A stretch of 64,000 nt of DNA from an uncultured Acidimicrobiia bacterium (GCA_963752075.1 CAVVWO010000002.1:131993-195992); one strand, 5' to 3'. Numbered from the stretch's first letter, positions 39,771-49,452 are shown. Made by a program: numbers and translations. Notes: generated by a model from the sequence alone, not told the origin.

Positions 39771-40517
39771 ATGCAGCTCGACGACCGGGTACGAATCGCC
39801 ACACCGGAGGGAGTTGCGTTGGAACTCACCTTGGCCGGCGCGGGGTCCCGGATCATGGCCACCACGGTCGACGCGCTCATCCAAGGCATGGTGTTTCTGG
39901 TGGGCTCGGGTCTCTTCAGCCTGGCCGCCCTGAGCATTGGCCCAGACTCGGAGCTCGTGATCATCGCCACCCAGTTTCTCTGGCTGGCTCTGGTCTTCCT
40001 CGGTTATCCGACCGTGTTCGAGCGGTTCGGCTCCGGGAAGACCCCCGGGAAGGCAGCCGTCGGCCTCAGGGTGGTCACAACCGGTGGGCAGCCCGTCTCG
40101 CTGACAACGGCCGCGCTCCGAAACCTGTTTCGGATCGTCGACCTGCTCCCCGGCTTCTACGTGGCCGGCCTTGCGTCCATCTTGGCGACGAGCCTGAACC
40201 AGAGGATCGGCGACGTGGTTGCCGGGACGCTGGTGATACGGGAAGCTCGACCCCGCTCGGACCTCCGGTACCTGGCCTCTGTCGACCTGCCTGTCGACAG
40301 GAGCTGGGACGTCTCGGCGATCAGCGAGGCTGAGGTGATCGCCATCCGGAGGTATTTCGAGCGTCGCCCCGAACTCGATGAACCGACCCAGGCTCGGGTG
40401 GCCGCCCGACTCGCCCTCCAGATCAAGGACCGGATACTCATCACCGATGCCCCCCGATCCGACGAGGACTTCCTCCTCCGCGTATTGGCCGAGAAACTCC
40501 AACGCGGCCTCCGCTGA
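39771..40517 (+). CDS. RDD family membrane protein
   Basis: ATTVDALIQG..., GKTPGKAAVGLRVV and RIGDVVAGTLVI motifs, with a C-terminal soluble extension. Confidence 0.8.
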   Translation: MQLDDRVRIATPEGVALELTLAGAGSRIMATTVDALIQGMVFLVGSGLFSLAALSIGPDSELVIIATQFLWLALVFLGYPTVFERFGSGKTPGKAAVGLRVVTTGGQPVSLTTAALRNLFRIVDLLPGFYVAGLASILATSLNQRIGDVVAGTLVIREARPRSDLRYLASVDLPVDRSWDVSAISEAEVIAIRRYFERRPELDEPTQARVAARLALQIKDRILITDAPRSDEDFLLRVLAEKLQRGLR

Positions 40518-40586
40518 TCGCCGGTTGGGTGCTCTCTCGATCACGAACCAGGGAGCGAAAGTGGCGGGCGCCACTAGGGTGACGTC

Positions 40587-41081
40587 ATGAGCGATACCAA
40601 CGATCCGCAGGCAATTCGCCCGGACGCGATCGAGCAGGCAGAAGAGGCAACCGACGATGCCGCCGCGCCGGATCTACCAGGCAACTCGGTATCGCACCCG
40701 ACCAAGATCATCCGAATTGCATCGATGACCCGCGCCATGCTCGAAGAGGTTCGTCAAGCGCCACTCGACCCGGCGGGCCGCCGTCGATTGCTCGACGTTC
40801 ACGAGCGCACGCTCGCCGAGTTGGCCGACATCCTGTCAGACGACCTTCGCCAAGAGTTCAACGACATCTTCCTACCCCTCACCTCGGACACACCGACAGA
40901 ATCAGAGCTGAGGGTCGCCCAAGCTCAGCTGGTCGGTTGGCTGGAAGGGCTGTTTCACGGGATCCAGGCGAGCCTGATGAGCCAACAGCTCGCCACCCAA
41001 GCCCAGTTGCAGGACATCCAGCGGCGGGCACTGGAAGGTGGAAACGCATCTGAACACCAGTACCCGGGCGTCTACCTCTGA
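40587..41081 (+). CDS. bpa: bacterial proteasome activator Bpa/PafE-like (DUF2587)
   Basis: PTKIIRIASMTRAMLEEVRQAPLD..., a helical core, and a disordered tail ending YPGVYL (compare the GQYL tail of mycobacterial Bpa). Confidence 0.8.
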   Translation: MSDTNDPQAIRPDAIEQAEEATDDAAAPDLPGNSVSHPTKIIRIASMTRAMLEEVRQAPLDPAGRRRLLDVHERTLAELADILSDDLRQEFNDIFLPLTSDTPTESELRVAQAQLVGWLEGLFHGIQASLMSQQLATQAQLQDIQRRALEGGNASEHQYPGVYL

Positions 41082-41110
41082 AGCGATGAAGGTCTGATAT
41101 CGTCGCGCCC

Positions 41111-41596
41111 ATGCCTTCATTTGACGTGGTCTCGGAAATCGACATGCAAGAAGTGAAAAACGCCATCGACCAGGCCCTTCGAGAGACGACGACCCGGTAC
41201 GACTTCCGCGGGACGGACACCACCATCGCTCTCGCCGAAGACGGGCTGACGGTGGAGTCGGCCTCCGAGGGCCGACTGGATGCCGCGATCGATGTCCTCC
41301 AATCCAAGTTCGTTCGACGAGGAGTCGACCTCAAGTCGCTCATCGGCGGAGAGCCCAAGCCGGCCGCGGGTGGCCGGGTCCGAGCGGTCTTCCAGCTGGC
41401 ATCAGGGATCCCGCAGGGCACCGCCAAAGAACTCAACAAGCACATCCGCGACCTGAAGCTGAAGGTCCAGGTCCAGATTCAAGGTGATCAGCTCAGGGTG
41501 AGCGCCAAGAAACGGGATGAACTCCAAGCGGTCATCGCACACGTTAAGTCACTGGACCTTCCGATCCCTCTGCAATACATCAATTTCCGGGACTGA
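41111..41596 (+). CDS. yajQ: YajQ family (UPF0234) nucleotide / cyclic-di-GMP-binding protein
   Basis: MPSFDVVSEIDMQEVKNAIDQALRE..., RYDFRGT, LQYINFRD. Confidence 0.93.
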   Translation: MPSFDVVSEIDMQEVKNAIDQALRETTTRYDFRGTDTTIALAEDGLTVESASEGRLDAAIDVLQSKFVRRGVDLKSLIGGEPKPAAGGRVRAVFQLASGIPQGTAKELNKHIRDLKLKVQVQIQGDQLRVSAKKRDELQAVIAHVKSLDLPIPLQYINFRD

Positions 41597-41603
41597 TCCT
41601 CGT

Positions 41604-41825
41604 TTATCCGTAGGGACAGTGCCGGCAGGCACTGACGCAACATGCGCCTCTCTTGGCGAGGAATTCCGACGTGAACACGAGCAAGCCGCTGAACGGATCG
41701 AGGTAGGCATCGTCATCTCGTCGGAGCGCCTCAGCGTGGACACGCTCGATGTGCGCGGCTCTCCGGCTGGCGTCGGCTGAATTCACGAAACCCAGCGTAC
41801 CGAAGGTAGGTTTCCGTCCGTGCAT
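41604..41825 (-). CDS. small Cys-rich protein, DUF5522-like
   Basis: 74 aa ending YLDPFSGLLVFTSEFLAKRGACCVSACRHCPYG. The upstream part of the 228-aa ORF looks like shadow sequence. Confidence 0.65.
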   Translation of the reverse strand: MHGRKPTFGTLGFVNSADASRRAAHIERVHAEALRRDDDAYLDPFSGLLVFTSEFLAKRGACCVSACRHCPYG

Positions 41826-42659
41826 CACATCACCGCCCTTGGCCGCCCAATCGACCTTCGCCATGCCTCCAACCGCCAAGCGGTGGGACTGGCCATCGTG
41901 GCCGCCGTCCTCGCGGCGGCCGTAGCTCTCGACGGTCAGGGTTTCACAGCCGAGATCGGCAGCGCGGCGCTGGCGGCGGGAGCCGGAACCTTCCTGGCCT
42001 GGGCGCTCGGCCGGGAACTCGACCCCGACGCTCCCGTCACCGCCTTCGTTGCCGGGCTCGCCACCATCGCCACAACGTTGTGGTTGGGATCGCCCAATCT
42101 GCTGATGATGGCAGGCATCCTGTTCATCGGCCGTGTCCTGCTTCGGCCGACGGGACACCCACCGCGGCTTCTCGACCTGGCCGGCCTTCTCGGCCTCGGT
42201 GTCTTCCTGGGCACCCGCCCCGGCGGCTGGGGGATTGCCCTGGTGCTGGCGTTCGCGCTGGCTCGCGATAGGCAGCTTCCTGGAGAGCACGCCCGGTTCG
42301 CCAGGTTGGTGGCCGCTTTGATCGCGGGCGGTGCCACGGCCGCGGCGGTCTCGACGGGCTTGGACGTGTGGTCACCGCCGACGCAGGGAGCCTGGGCCCT
42401 GCTCGTAGTCGGGTTCGTGGCGGCGATGTCGACCCGCTCTCGGCCCTCGCTGTCGTCGCTGGCCGACACCACGAGAGAACCGCTCGACCCACGCCGCCTG
42501 GCCAGTGCACGGCGCGTCGTCCTGGTCGGTCTCTTGGCCGCGGCTGCGGTGGCCGGTCAGCCCGGGATCGTCGGCGTTGCTCCGGCATGGATGACGATGG
42601 TCTCTCTTGCGCTCGTGCATCGGGGTGTCATTCCCGACTCCGCTGGTCGTCCGCGCTGA
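41820..42659 (+). CDS. hypothetical polytopic membrane protein (start uncertain; alternative GTG at 41883)
   Basis: Ala/Gly/Leu-rich with about 8 hydrophobic helices. No motif recognised. The 5' end as drawn overlaps the divergent DUF5522 start by 6 nt. Confidence 0.4.
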   Translation: MHHITALGRPIDLRHASNRQAVGLAIVAAVLAAAVALDGQGFTAEIGSAALAAGAGTFLAWALGRELDPDAPVTAFVAGLATIATTLWLGSPNLLMMAGILFIGRVLLRPTGHPPRLLDLAGLLGLGVFLGTRPGGWGIALVLAFALARDRQLPGEHARFARLVAALIAGGATAAAVSTGLDVWSPPTQGAWALLVVGFVAAMSTRSRPSLSSLADTTREPLDPRRLASARRVVLVGLLAAAAVAGQPGIVGVAPAWMTMVSLALVHRGVIPDSAGRPR

Positions 42660-42716
42660 TTTTCGGCGCCCACCGAACCGCTCGACGAGAATGACGGCCA
42701 TGACCAGCCGCCCACC

Positions 42717-44126
42717 GTGGTGGGGTTCGCGTCCCACATCGTCTACACGGTCGTTGTCTTCGTGGTCTTGGCGTCGCTCGACAACGCAGCCATGTTGCTG
42801 CTCCCGAACATGTTGCTTCCCGTGGCCGAGGGCTTGGGTGTCGCCAAATCGTCGCTGGGGGTGGTCACCGCCTCGGTCATTCTCATCACCGCAATCACCG
42901 CAGTGGCCTGGGGCTATTGGGGAGATCGATCGAGCCGCAAACGCCTACTCCTGTACGGCACAATGATCTGGGCGGTCGGCACCGCGTTGAGCGGCACGGC
43001 CGACTCGCTGGGGACGCTCTGGTGGTGGCAGTCGGTGACCGGCGTCGGGTTGGGCTCTATCGCCTCCGTGGGTTTCTCCGTCGTCTCCGACTTCATCCGG
43101 CCAACCCGAAGGGGCCTGGCCATGAGCTTCTGGGGGCTCTCCCAAGGCGCCGGCGGTGTCGTCGGAGGGCTGATGGCCAGCCAGCTGGGAGCAGAGCGCT
43201 GGCAGGTGCCCTTCGTGTGGTTGGCCGGGGCAGGCATCCTGTTTGCCGGCCTCTACCTGACCACCTACGACCCTGAGCGAGGAAGGTCCGAGCCGTTCGC
43301 TTCCCCCGGCGGCGACGAGTACCTGATCGACCGCTCCCAACTCCCCGGCCTGCTCAGGAAGGAGTCCAACGTCTGGCTGATTCTCCAGGGTCTGACCGCT
43401 CAGGTGGCATATGGCTCGCTGGTGTGGGTCCCTCTGCTGTATCAATCAAAAGTGGCTGCGGAGGGCTACGACATTGCCACGGCTACCCGCGTGGGGGGCT
43501 TGTTTGCGGCCATCTTCCAGGTTGCAGCAGTCTCCTCGATCGTGGCAGGACACCTCGGGGACCGGTGGCAGGCTCGCAACCCTAGAGGTCGAGCGTACCT
43601 CTCGATGATCGGGATTCTGGGTGCAGTGCCCTTCTTCTTGGCCTTCTTCTTCGTGCCCTTGCGCGGGCTGAACATAACCCCCATCTCGGCCGGCGGCACG
43701 ACCGGCTCGCTCGCCGGCGAGGTCGTCGCCAGCCTCGTGACCAACCCTTGGGTGGCGCTCGCTTTCGGCATGTCGATCGTCGCGCTCGTGCCGACCTCGG
43801 CGGACTCGCCCAACTGGTTCGCCTTGATCGCCGACGTGAACTTGCCCGAGCATCGGGGCACGGTGTTCGGAGTCGCCAACCTGGCGAACGGAATCGGACG
43901 GGGAGCGGGCAACTTCCTGACAGGCGTGGCTGCCGCCAGCCTGCTCGGATGGTTCGACGAGCCTCGCAACTACGTCATCGGCCTGGCACTCTTCCAGGTG
44001 TTCTTCTTGCCAACCGGATACGCCTACTGGCGCGCCGGCACGAGCCGCTCCCGAGGATATCGCCTCGACCCGTCGAGTCCTCCAGGAGCGCTCCTCCCCG
44101 CCGCTCCGATAGGGTTCCTGGAATGA
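42717..44126 (+). CDS. MFS transporter
   Basis: About 12 TM helices and the loop 2-3 motif GYWGDRSSRKRLL. Confidence 0.85.
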   Translation: MVGFASHIVYTVVVFVVLASLDNAAMLLLPNMLLPVAEGLGVAKSSLGVVTASVILITAITAVAWGYWGDRSSRKRLLLYGTMIWAVGTALSGTADSLGTLWWWQSVTGVGLGSIASVGFSVVSDFIRPTRRGLAMSFWGLSQGAGGVVGGLMASQLGAERWQVPFVWLAGAGILFAGLYLTTYDPERGRSEPFASPGGDEYLIDRSQLPGLLRKESNVWLILQGLTAQVAYGSLVWVPLLYQSKVAAEGYDIATATRVGGLFAAIFQVAAVSSIVAGHLGDRWQARNPRGRAYLSMIGILGAVPFFLAFFFVPLRGLNITPISAGGTTGSLAGEVVASLVTNPWVALAFGMSIVALVPTSADSPNWFALIADVNLPEHRGTVFGVANLANGIGRGAGNFLTGVAAASLLGWFDEPRNYVIGLALFQVFFLPTGYAYWRAGTSRSRGYRLDPSSPPGALLPAAPIGFLE

Positions 44127-44812
44127 GTTCGTCACCAGACCCTCCCCGTCACCCCTTCATCCCCTACCGGCCCGAGAAGCTGGAAGATGCCCAGATGGAA
44201 CGCCGGGCGGCAGAATTCTTCGCGGAGATGAACTCCCGGCGTTCGGTGCGGAGGTTCTCCGACGCTCCGGTTCCCCGCTCGGTGGTGGACCTCGCCATCC
44301 GCACGGCATCGACGGCTCCGTCAGGAGCCCACCGGCAGCCCTGGACCTTCGTCGTGGTCGGGAATCCAGCCATCAAAGCCAAGATTCGGGAGGCGGCCGA
44401 GGCCGAGGAACGCCAGAACTACGACGGCGGCCGCATTCCGCCCGACTGGCGAGACGCTCTGGCGCCGCTCGGCACCGACTGGCGGAAACCGTTTCTCGAA
44501 GTCGCTCCGTGGATCGTGGTTCTGTTCGAACAGCGTTATGGGCTCAGCTCCGATGGCAGTCGGATCAAGCACTTCTATGTGAAGGAGAGCGTCGGGATGG
44601 CGGCCGGCCTGTTCGTCGCCGCTATCCATCATGCAGGCCTGGTCACCCTTTCCCATACTCCATCGCCCATGGCGTTCCTTTCTCGGGTGCTCGAGCGCCC
44701 GGAGAACGAGCGGCCATTCGCCCTGTTCCCCATCGGCCACCCAGCTGACGATTGCGCTGTGCCCGATCTGACCAGAAAGACTTTGTCAGAAGTGATGGTC
44801 GAGTTCATGTGA
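44123..44812 (+). CDS. iodotyrosine-deiodinase-like flavin (nitro-FMN reductase superfamily) protein
   Basis: RRSVRRFSDAPVP...IRTASTAPSGAHRQPWTFVVVGNPAIKAKIREAAEAEERQNY...TDWRKPFLEVAPWIVVLF...AGLVTLSHTP...VPDLTRKTLSEVMV is colinear with the animal IYD catalytic domain as I recall it. ATGA overlap with the MFS stop. Confidence 0.8.
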   Translation: MSSSPDPPRHPFIPYRPEKLEDAQMERRAAEFFAEMNSRRSVRRFSDAPVPRSVVDLAIRTASTAPSGAHRQPWTFVVVGNPAIKAKIREAAEAEERQNYDGGRIPPDWRDALAPLGTDWRKPFLEVAPWIVVLFEQRYGLSSDGSRIKHFYVKESVGMAAGLFVAAIHHAGLVTLSHTPSPMAFLSRVLERPENERPFALFPIGHPADDCAVPDLTRKTLSEVMVEFM

Positions 44813-44854
44813 TAGGTCCCACCAATCTGAGAACTCTTGGGTAGGGTTCCGATC

Positions 44855-45736
44855 ATGGAAACCCCCACCGATGCCCGCTCTGCGGCACTGTTTCGGCTCT
44901 TCGAGTACGGGGCCGCTACCGATGCGGTATTCCCGCTGTCTTCAGCTGTGGACGGCTATCGCCGGCTTTGGCAGGGAGACCTTTCTTGGGCCGTCGGTCC
45001 GTTCTCGGTCTCGGTGAATCGCCTGGACGAGTACGTCACGTACGCCGGAGACGACGTGGGGATCTGGCCAGTGGCGATCTCTCTCGATTTCCCCGACCCC
45101 GAATGGGTGGCGGCCACCCGCGCCGGCGTCGCCACCGCCCAGATGTTCGGACTACGCACGAAGGCAAAGATCCGGCACTTCGATACCCGACTCCCGATGG
45201 GTGCCGGACTTCGGCACGGGCTGAATATCGCCATGATGGCGACCGCTGACATACCGGTGTATTTCGCCGTCGAGCTCTTCGACGAGCGGAACGTCCTCAC
45301 GTCTCTGGAATCGCTGATTGCCGAGTTGGATTCCGCCGGCCCGCGCCTGCGCGCGGCCGCCGTCGTGGATCCGGGGACACCGCACTTGATCCCTCTTCTG
45401 GCGGCTTTCATCGCCGAGGCGCAGGATGCAAGGATCCGTACCCGGCTGCGAGGCGGCCCGAGCCACCCGATCACCTCCTCGGCTGGTCCCGGCATCTTGA
45501 ATGTGCTCGCCGCCTATGCGTTCGGTTCCGATCGAGCGGAGATCGAACTCATCCTCCGAGAAACCAATCCGGCCGTCTTCTCACTCACCGATCGCGCCCT
45601 CCAGATCGATGAACGCACAGCCGGGAGAGACGAGCTGGGGCACCTCCGCTGGACGGAGCTGACGGCCATCGAGTTGTCGAATCCGAGCGCGGCGATCGAT
45701 GGATTGATCGAAGCCGGATACCTGGTCCCCGACTGA
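44855..45736 (+). CDS. hypothetical protein
   Basis: 294-aa ORF with coding-like composition and no recognisable motif. Open from TTG 44837. Confidence 0.5.
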   Translation: METPTDARSAALFRLFEYGAATDAVFPLSSAVDGYRRLWQGDLSWAVGPFSVSVNRLDEYVTYAGDDVGIWPVAISLDFPDPEWVAATRAGVATAQMFGLRTKAKIRHFDTRLPMGAGLRHGLNIAMMATADIPVYFAVELFDERNVLTSLESLIAELDSAGPRLRAAAVVDPGTPHLIPLLAAFIAEAQDARIRTRLRGGPSHPITSSAGPGILNVLAAYAFGSDRAEIELILRETNPAVFSLTDRALQIDERTAGRDELGHLRWTELTAIELSNPSAAIDGLIEAGYLVPD

Positions 45737-45756
45737 CGTCGGACGGACACCTCGCC

Positions 45757-47722
45757 ATGGCAGACGTCCCACCGAACCCGATCGACTCCACCGACATCGT
45801 CTGGCGGGCTGACGAGGAACGGGCTGCAGAAACCGTCACGGCGCGGTTCATGGAGGCCGAGGGCATTGCCACCTACCCGTCATTGGTCGGCCGTTCCGTA
45901 TCCGACCCGGACTGGTTCTGGGACGCCACGGTGCGGTTCCTCGGGATACCGTTTCAGCGTCCGTACACGGTCGTGGCCGATCGTTCCGAGGGACCGCAGT
46001 GGACGACATGGTTCCCTGACGGAGCGCTCAATCTCTCCGAGGTCTGTGTCGACCGCTGGGCGGCAGTGAATCCGGACCAACCGGCCCTCGTTTCCGAGAA
46101 CGAGCGCGGCGACATCACCACCCTCACGTTCGGCGAACTGAAGGACCGGATCGGGCGCACGGCGAGCGTCCTGGAGAGCCCTCGGAGTCGGCCGGGGCGA
46201 CCGGGTAGTGGTGTTCCTTCCTCTCGGTCAGGCGGCTGTGATGTTCATGTTGGCCATCGCCCGTGTCGGTGCGATCTTCGTTCCGGTCTTCTCTGGGTTT
46301 GGGCCTGATGCTTTCGCAGCTCGACTCACCTCGGCCGAACCCGTCGTGGCAGTAGTCGGCGACGGTGTCGAGCGCCATGGGCGGATCGTCCCGTTGAAGG
46401 CCACCGCGGATGAGGCGATGGAACTGACGGAGGTGAGGCCGGCGGTCCTCGTGGTGCGGACCGCTCCGACACCGGATCCGGATCTTCCCTGGACCGATAC
46501 TCGAGATCGGTGGTTCGAGCCCCTCGTCGAGAAGGCCTCTCCGATCTCGGCGGTGGAAACCAACGCCGAGGACCCGGTGCTGCTGACCTACACCTCCGGG
46601 ACCACGGGACCTCCGAAGGGCATCGTCCACGTCCACGGCGGGTTGACCGTCAAAATCGTTCAGGAGGGGGCTTTCCAGTTGGACATCCAACCCGGCGACC
46701 GTCACCTCTGGTTGACCGACATGGGTTGGGTGATGGGGCAATGGACCGTCATCGCCGGCCTCGGCAACGGCGCCACGGTCATCACCTTTGACGGCGCTCC
46801 GGATACCCCGGATGCCGGTCGCGTGTGGGACCTGGTCGAACGCCACCGCATCACGGCACTCGGCCTCTCCCCCACCTTCGTTCGGTCCATCCAAGCTCAG
46901 GGAGCGGCCATCCCGAAACGCCGCGACCTCAGCTCGCTCAAGTGTTTCGCCAGTACCGGTGAGCCATGGAATCCGGACCCATGGTGGTGGTTGTTCAAGG
47001 ATGTCGGTTGCGAAGAGGTTCCCATCATCAACATCTCTGGAGGCACTGAAATCGGTGCGTGCCTTCTTTCGGTCAACCTGCTCCAGGGCATCAAGCCGAC
47101 TTCCTTGGGTGGCCCGGCGCTCGGCGTCCCGGTCGATGTTTTCGATCAGGATGGCCAGTCCGTGCGGGGCTCGGTTGGTGAACTGGTCGTCAAGGACTCA
47201 TGGCCGGGGATCACGAGAGGGTTCTGGAAAGATCGGCAACGGTACCTCGCCACCTACTGGGATCGATGGACAGATATCTGGGTGCACGGCGACTGGGCCA
47301 CGGTCGACGACGACGGATTCTGGTATCTGCACGGCCGTTCCGACGAGACACTCAACATCGGGGGAAAGCGCCTTGGCCCCGCAGAGGTCGAGAGTGTTCT
47401 CGTGGCGCACCCCGATGTCGTGATGGCCTCGGCCATCGGCGTGCCAGACGACATCAAAGGCGAGGCCATCGTCGTATTCGTGGTGCTGGCGGCGCGCTCG
47501 CTTGCCAACGATCAGCTCGCTGAGCTGCTCGCCGACCAGGTGGCAGGGCATCTCGGCAAGCCGTTCCGGCCAAAAGCGATTCGATTCGTAGACGACCTTC
47601 CACGCACTCGATCAGCCAAGATCATGCGGCGCGTGATCAAAGCGAGGGCGCTTGGCAGGGATCCCGGGGACCTCTCCAGCTTGGAGAATCCTGCTGCCGT
47701 CGCCGCCATCCAGCAGCTGTAA
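45757..47722 (+). pseudogene. AMP-forming acyl-CoA synthetase (acetyl-CoA synthetase-like); frameshift near 46180 as assembled
   Basis: ...GRTASVLES/LGVGRGDRVVVFLPLGQAAV continues across frames at a CCC run. AMP-binding YTSGTTGPPKG, then TGD..., GRSDETLNIGGKRLGPAEVE and PRTRSAKIMRRVI. Confidence 0.88.
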
Positions 47723-47739
47723 CGGCACTGTCGTGAACC

Positions 47740-47769
47740 GGGTCGGGGCCGGTCTACCGGCCCCGACCC
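47740..47769. terminator. bidirectional intrinsic-terminator-like hairpin between convergent genes
   Basis: GGGTCGGGGCCGG-tcta-CCGGCCCCGACCC, a perfect 13-bp stem. It lies 18 nt after the synthetase stop and 10 nt after the PhoX-like stop. Confidence 0.6.
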
Positions 47770-47778
47770 AATCCAAGA

Positions 47779-49320
47779 TCAGGAACCGGGGATGGTCATC
47801 AGCATGAGCTGACCGGACTCCAACTTCCGCAAAATGCCGTCTTCGTCGGTGAACTCGACCACGTTGCGGCCGTGGCCCTGGACATCGACCAGCCACGAGC
47901 CCTCACCGAACCACTTGGAGGCATCCACGATGCCGCTCGACTCTCCATCCGGATCGTTGACCGTCGCCGCCACCGCCCAGTTGCCACTGGCGAAATCATG
48001 GTGCCAGATAGCGGCCTCGTCGGTGTCCTCTTGCACCATCAAGCTGTTGGCACTGGTGTCGAGGTTGTCGGGACTCACGAACGGGACGTAGTCGGCGCCG
48101 AACGGGTCATCGCCCTGGGCCAACACCGAAAAACTGTCTACGACTTTCGGGTTGGCGGCGTTCAACACCATCTTGAACACCGATCCATTGTCTGCCAGGC
48201 CGACGGTGCCGCTCGGACCCCGCATGGCGCGGCCGGTGACGGGATCGGGAACGACTCGACTCCGGCCGGTGTCGGCGACATATACCGTGCGCGGATGGTT
48301 CTTGTCGTAGGCAATGTCCTCGAGTCGGATGAACTGGAAGACGTTGTTGTCGTTCGACCACTCTTCGAGGACACTCTGATCCCCCAACGCCACCCCGGGC
48401 GGCACCCGGATGAAGCGGCCGGTCCAATCGTCACCCGGATGAAGGTCGAGGTAGTCGTTGGCGCCGTTGAACGAGTCGAATGGCCGAACCCGCCCGTCCT
48501 GGGTGCCGGTCACCTGGAACGCCCACAGGGTGCCCTTGTCCTCCCAGACGTTGCGGGGCCTGTTGGCGAGATACATGAAGAGCTGGGCGCTCGGGCCGTT
48601 GAACGTGTCGTCCGTGGTGAGCATCACGGTCCGGTTCCAGCCTCCCGGGACCGCGACAGTGTTCTCGTGATTGAGCCGGCCCATCCCGTAGAGGGCTCGC
48701 GTCTGTCCTGAGGCGACATCGTGCGCCACGACGAGGCCCGCCTGCTCGTAGCCCTCAGGCTTCGGATCGAGCGCTTGCCAATCGGGGTTGGAGATGCCAT
48801 GTCCCGTATCACGGTTGATCCAGTCGTCGGTCTCTTCGCCCGTGAAGAAGATGTACCTGTCGAAGCCCTCGTCGGGACCCGCCATCGCCGCCGAGCAGAA
48901 GCGCAAGTAGTTCTCGTCGGGTGAGACCGCCACCGAAGCGTCCAGCACCTCGTTGGTGGTCGTGTCGATCACGAGTCGGGAGACCGAGGCATTCTGGAAG
49001 TCCGCGGACCCAAAGAACGGAATCGTGGTCTCCTCATGGGCGACGAGCACCGTGGCGGTCCCCCGGCGCGGCCCTGGAGCGATCCCGATGCCGTCGGGCA
49101 GTCCCTGGAACGTGAAGTCACCGATGGACTCGCCACTGCTGAGGATGGCCGTCACCTGACCAGGTACGGCAAGGGTGATGTACGGGTCTTCCGAGGTCTG
49201 GAATGGTGGATCGTCGGCAAGTGCGGTGCCCGGCACCAAAGTGGCGCCCACCAAGACGGCGGCGAGCACCCAAGAGAGACGGAGGGCGGGGCGACGAGCC
49301 CCGCGGAATGGGTGTGACAT
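47779..49320 (-). CDS. secreted beta-propeller-like protein, tentatively DUF839/PhoX-like phosphatase
   Basis: GGAGG-n7-ATG start. Signal MSHPFRGARRPALRLSWVLAAVLVGATLVPGTALA contains an RR pair. Motifs FIRLEDIAYD and DGESSGIVD are reminiscent of PhoX. The family call is weak. Confidence 0.5.
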   Translation of the reverse strand: MSHPFRGARRPALRLSWVLAAVLVGATLVPGTALADDPPFQTSEDPYITLAVPGQVTAILSSGESIGDFTFQGLPDGIGIAPGPRRGTATVLVAHEETTIPFFGSADFQNASVSRLVIDTTTNEVLDASVAVSPDENYLRFCSAAMAGPDEGFDRYIFFTGEETDDWINRDTGHGISNPDWQALDPKPEGYEQAGLVVAHDVASGQTRALYGMGRLNHENTVAVPGGWNRTVMLTTDDTFNGPSAQLFMYLANRPRNVWEDKGTLWAFQVTGTQDGRVRPFDSFNGANDYLDLHPGDDWTGRFIRVPPGVALGDQSVLEEWSNDNNVFQFIRLEDIAYDKNHPRTVYVADTGRSRVVPDPVTGRAMRGPSGTVGLADNGSVFKMVLNAANPKVVDSFSVLAQGDDPFGADYVPFVSPDNLDTSANSLMVQEDTDEAAIWHHDFASGNWAVAATVNDPDGESSGIVDASKWFGEGSWLVDVQGHGRNVVEFTDEDGILRKLESGQLMLMTIPGS

Positions 49321-49452
49321 GAGAATTCCTCCTTCCAACATGACTCGTCCGAGCCATCGGCAGGGAGTCCTGCCACCATCAAACGTACCGAGTTCGCCGG
49401 CGCGATCGCGCTGCGAATCGTCTTCTCACCCTGTGCGTCCACTTGACCGCAT

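Noticed and set aside
46160-46200. The frameshifts as programmed ribosomal frameshifting sites.
   Set aside because: I see no slippery heptamer or downstream structure, and the genes concerned are not known to use recoding. Most of the indel sites lie in homopolymer or simple-repeat runs, which points to indel error or mutation.
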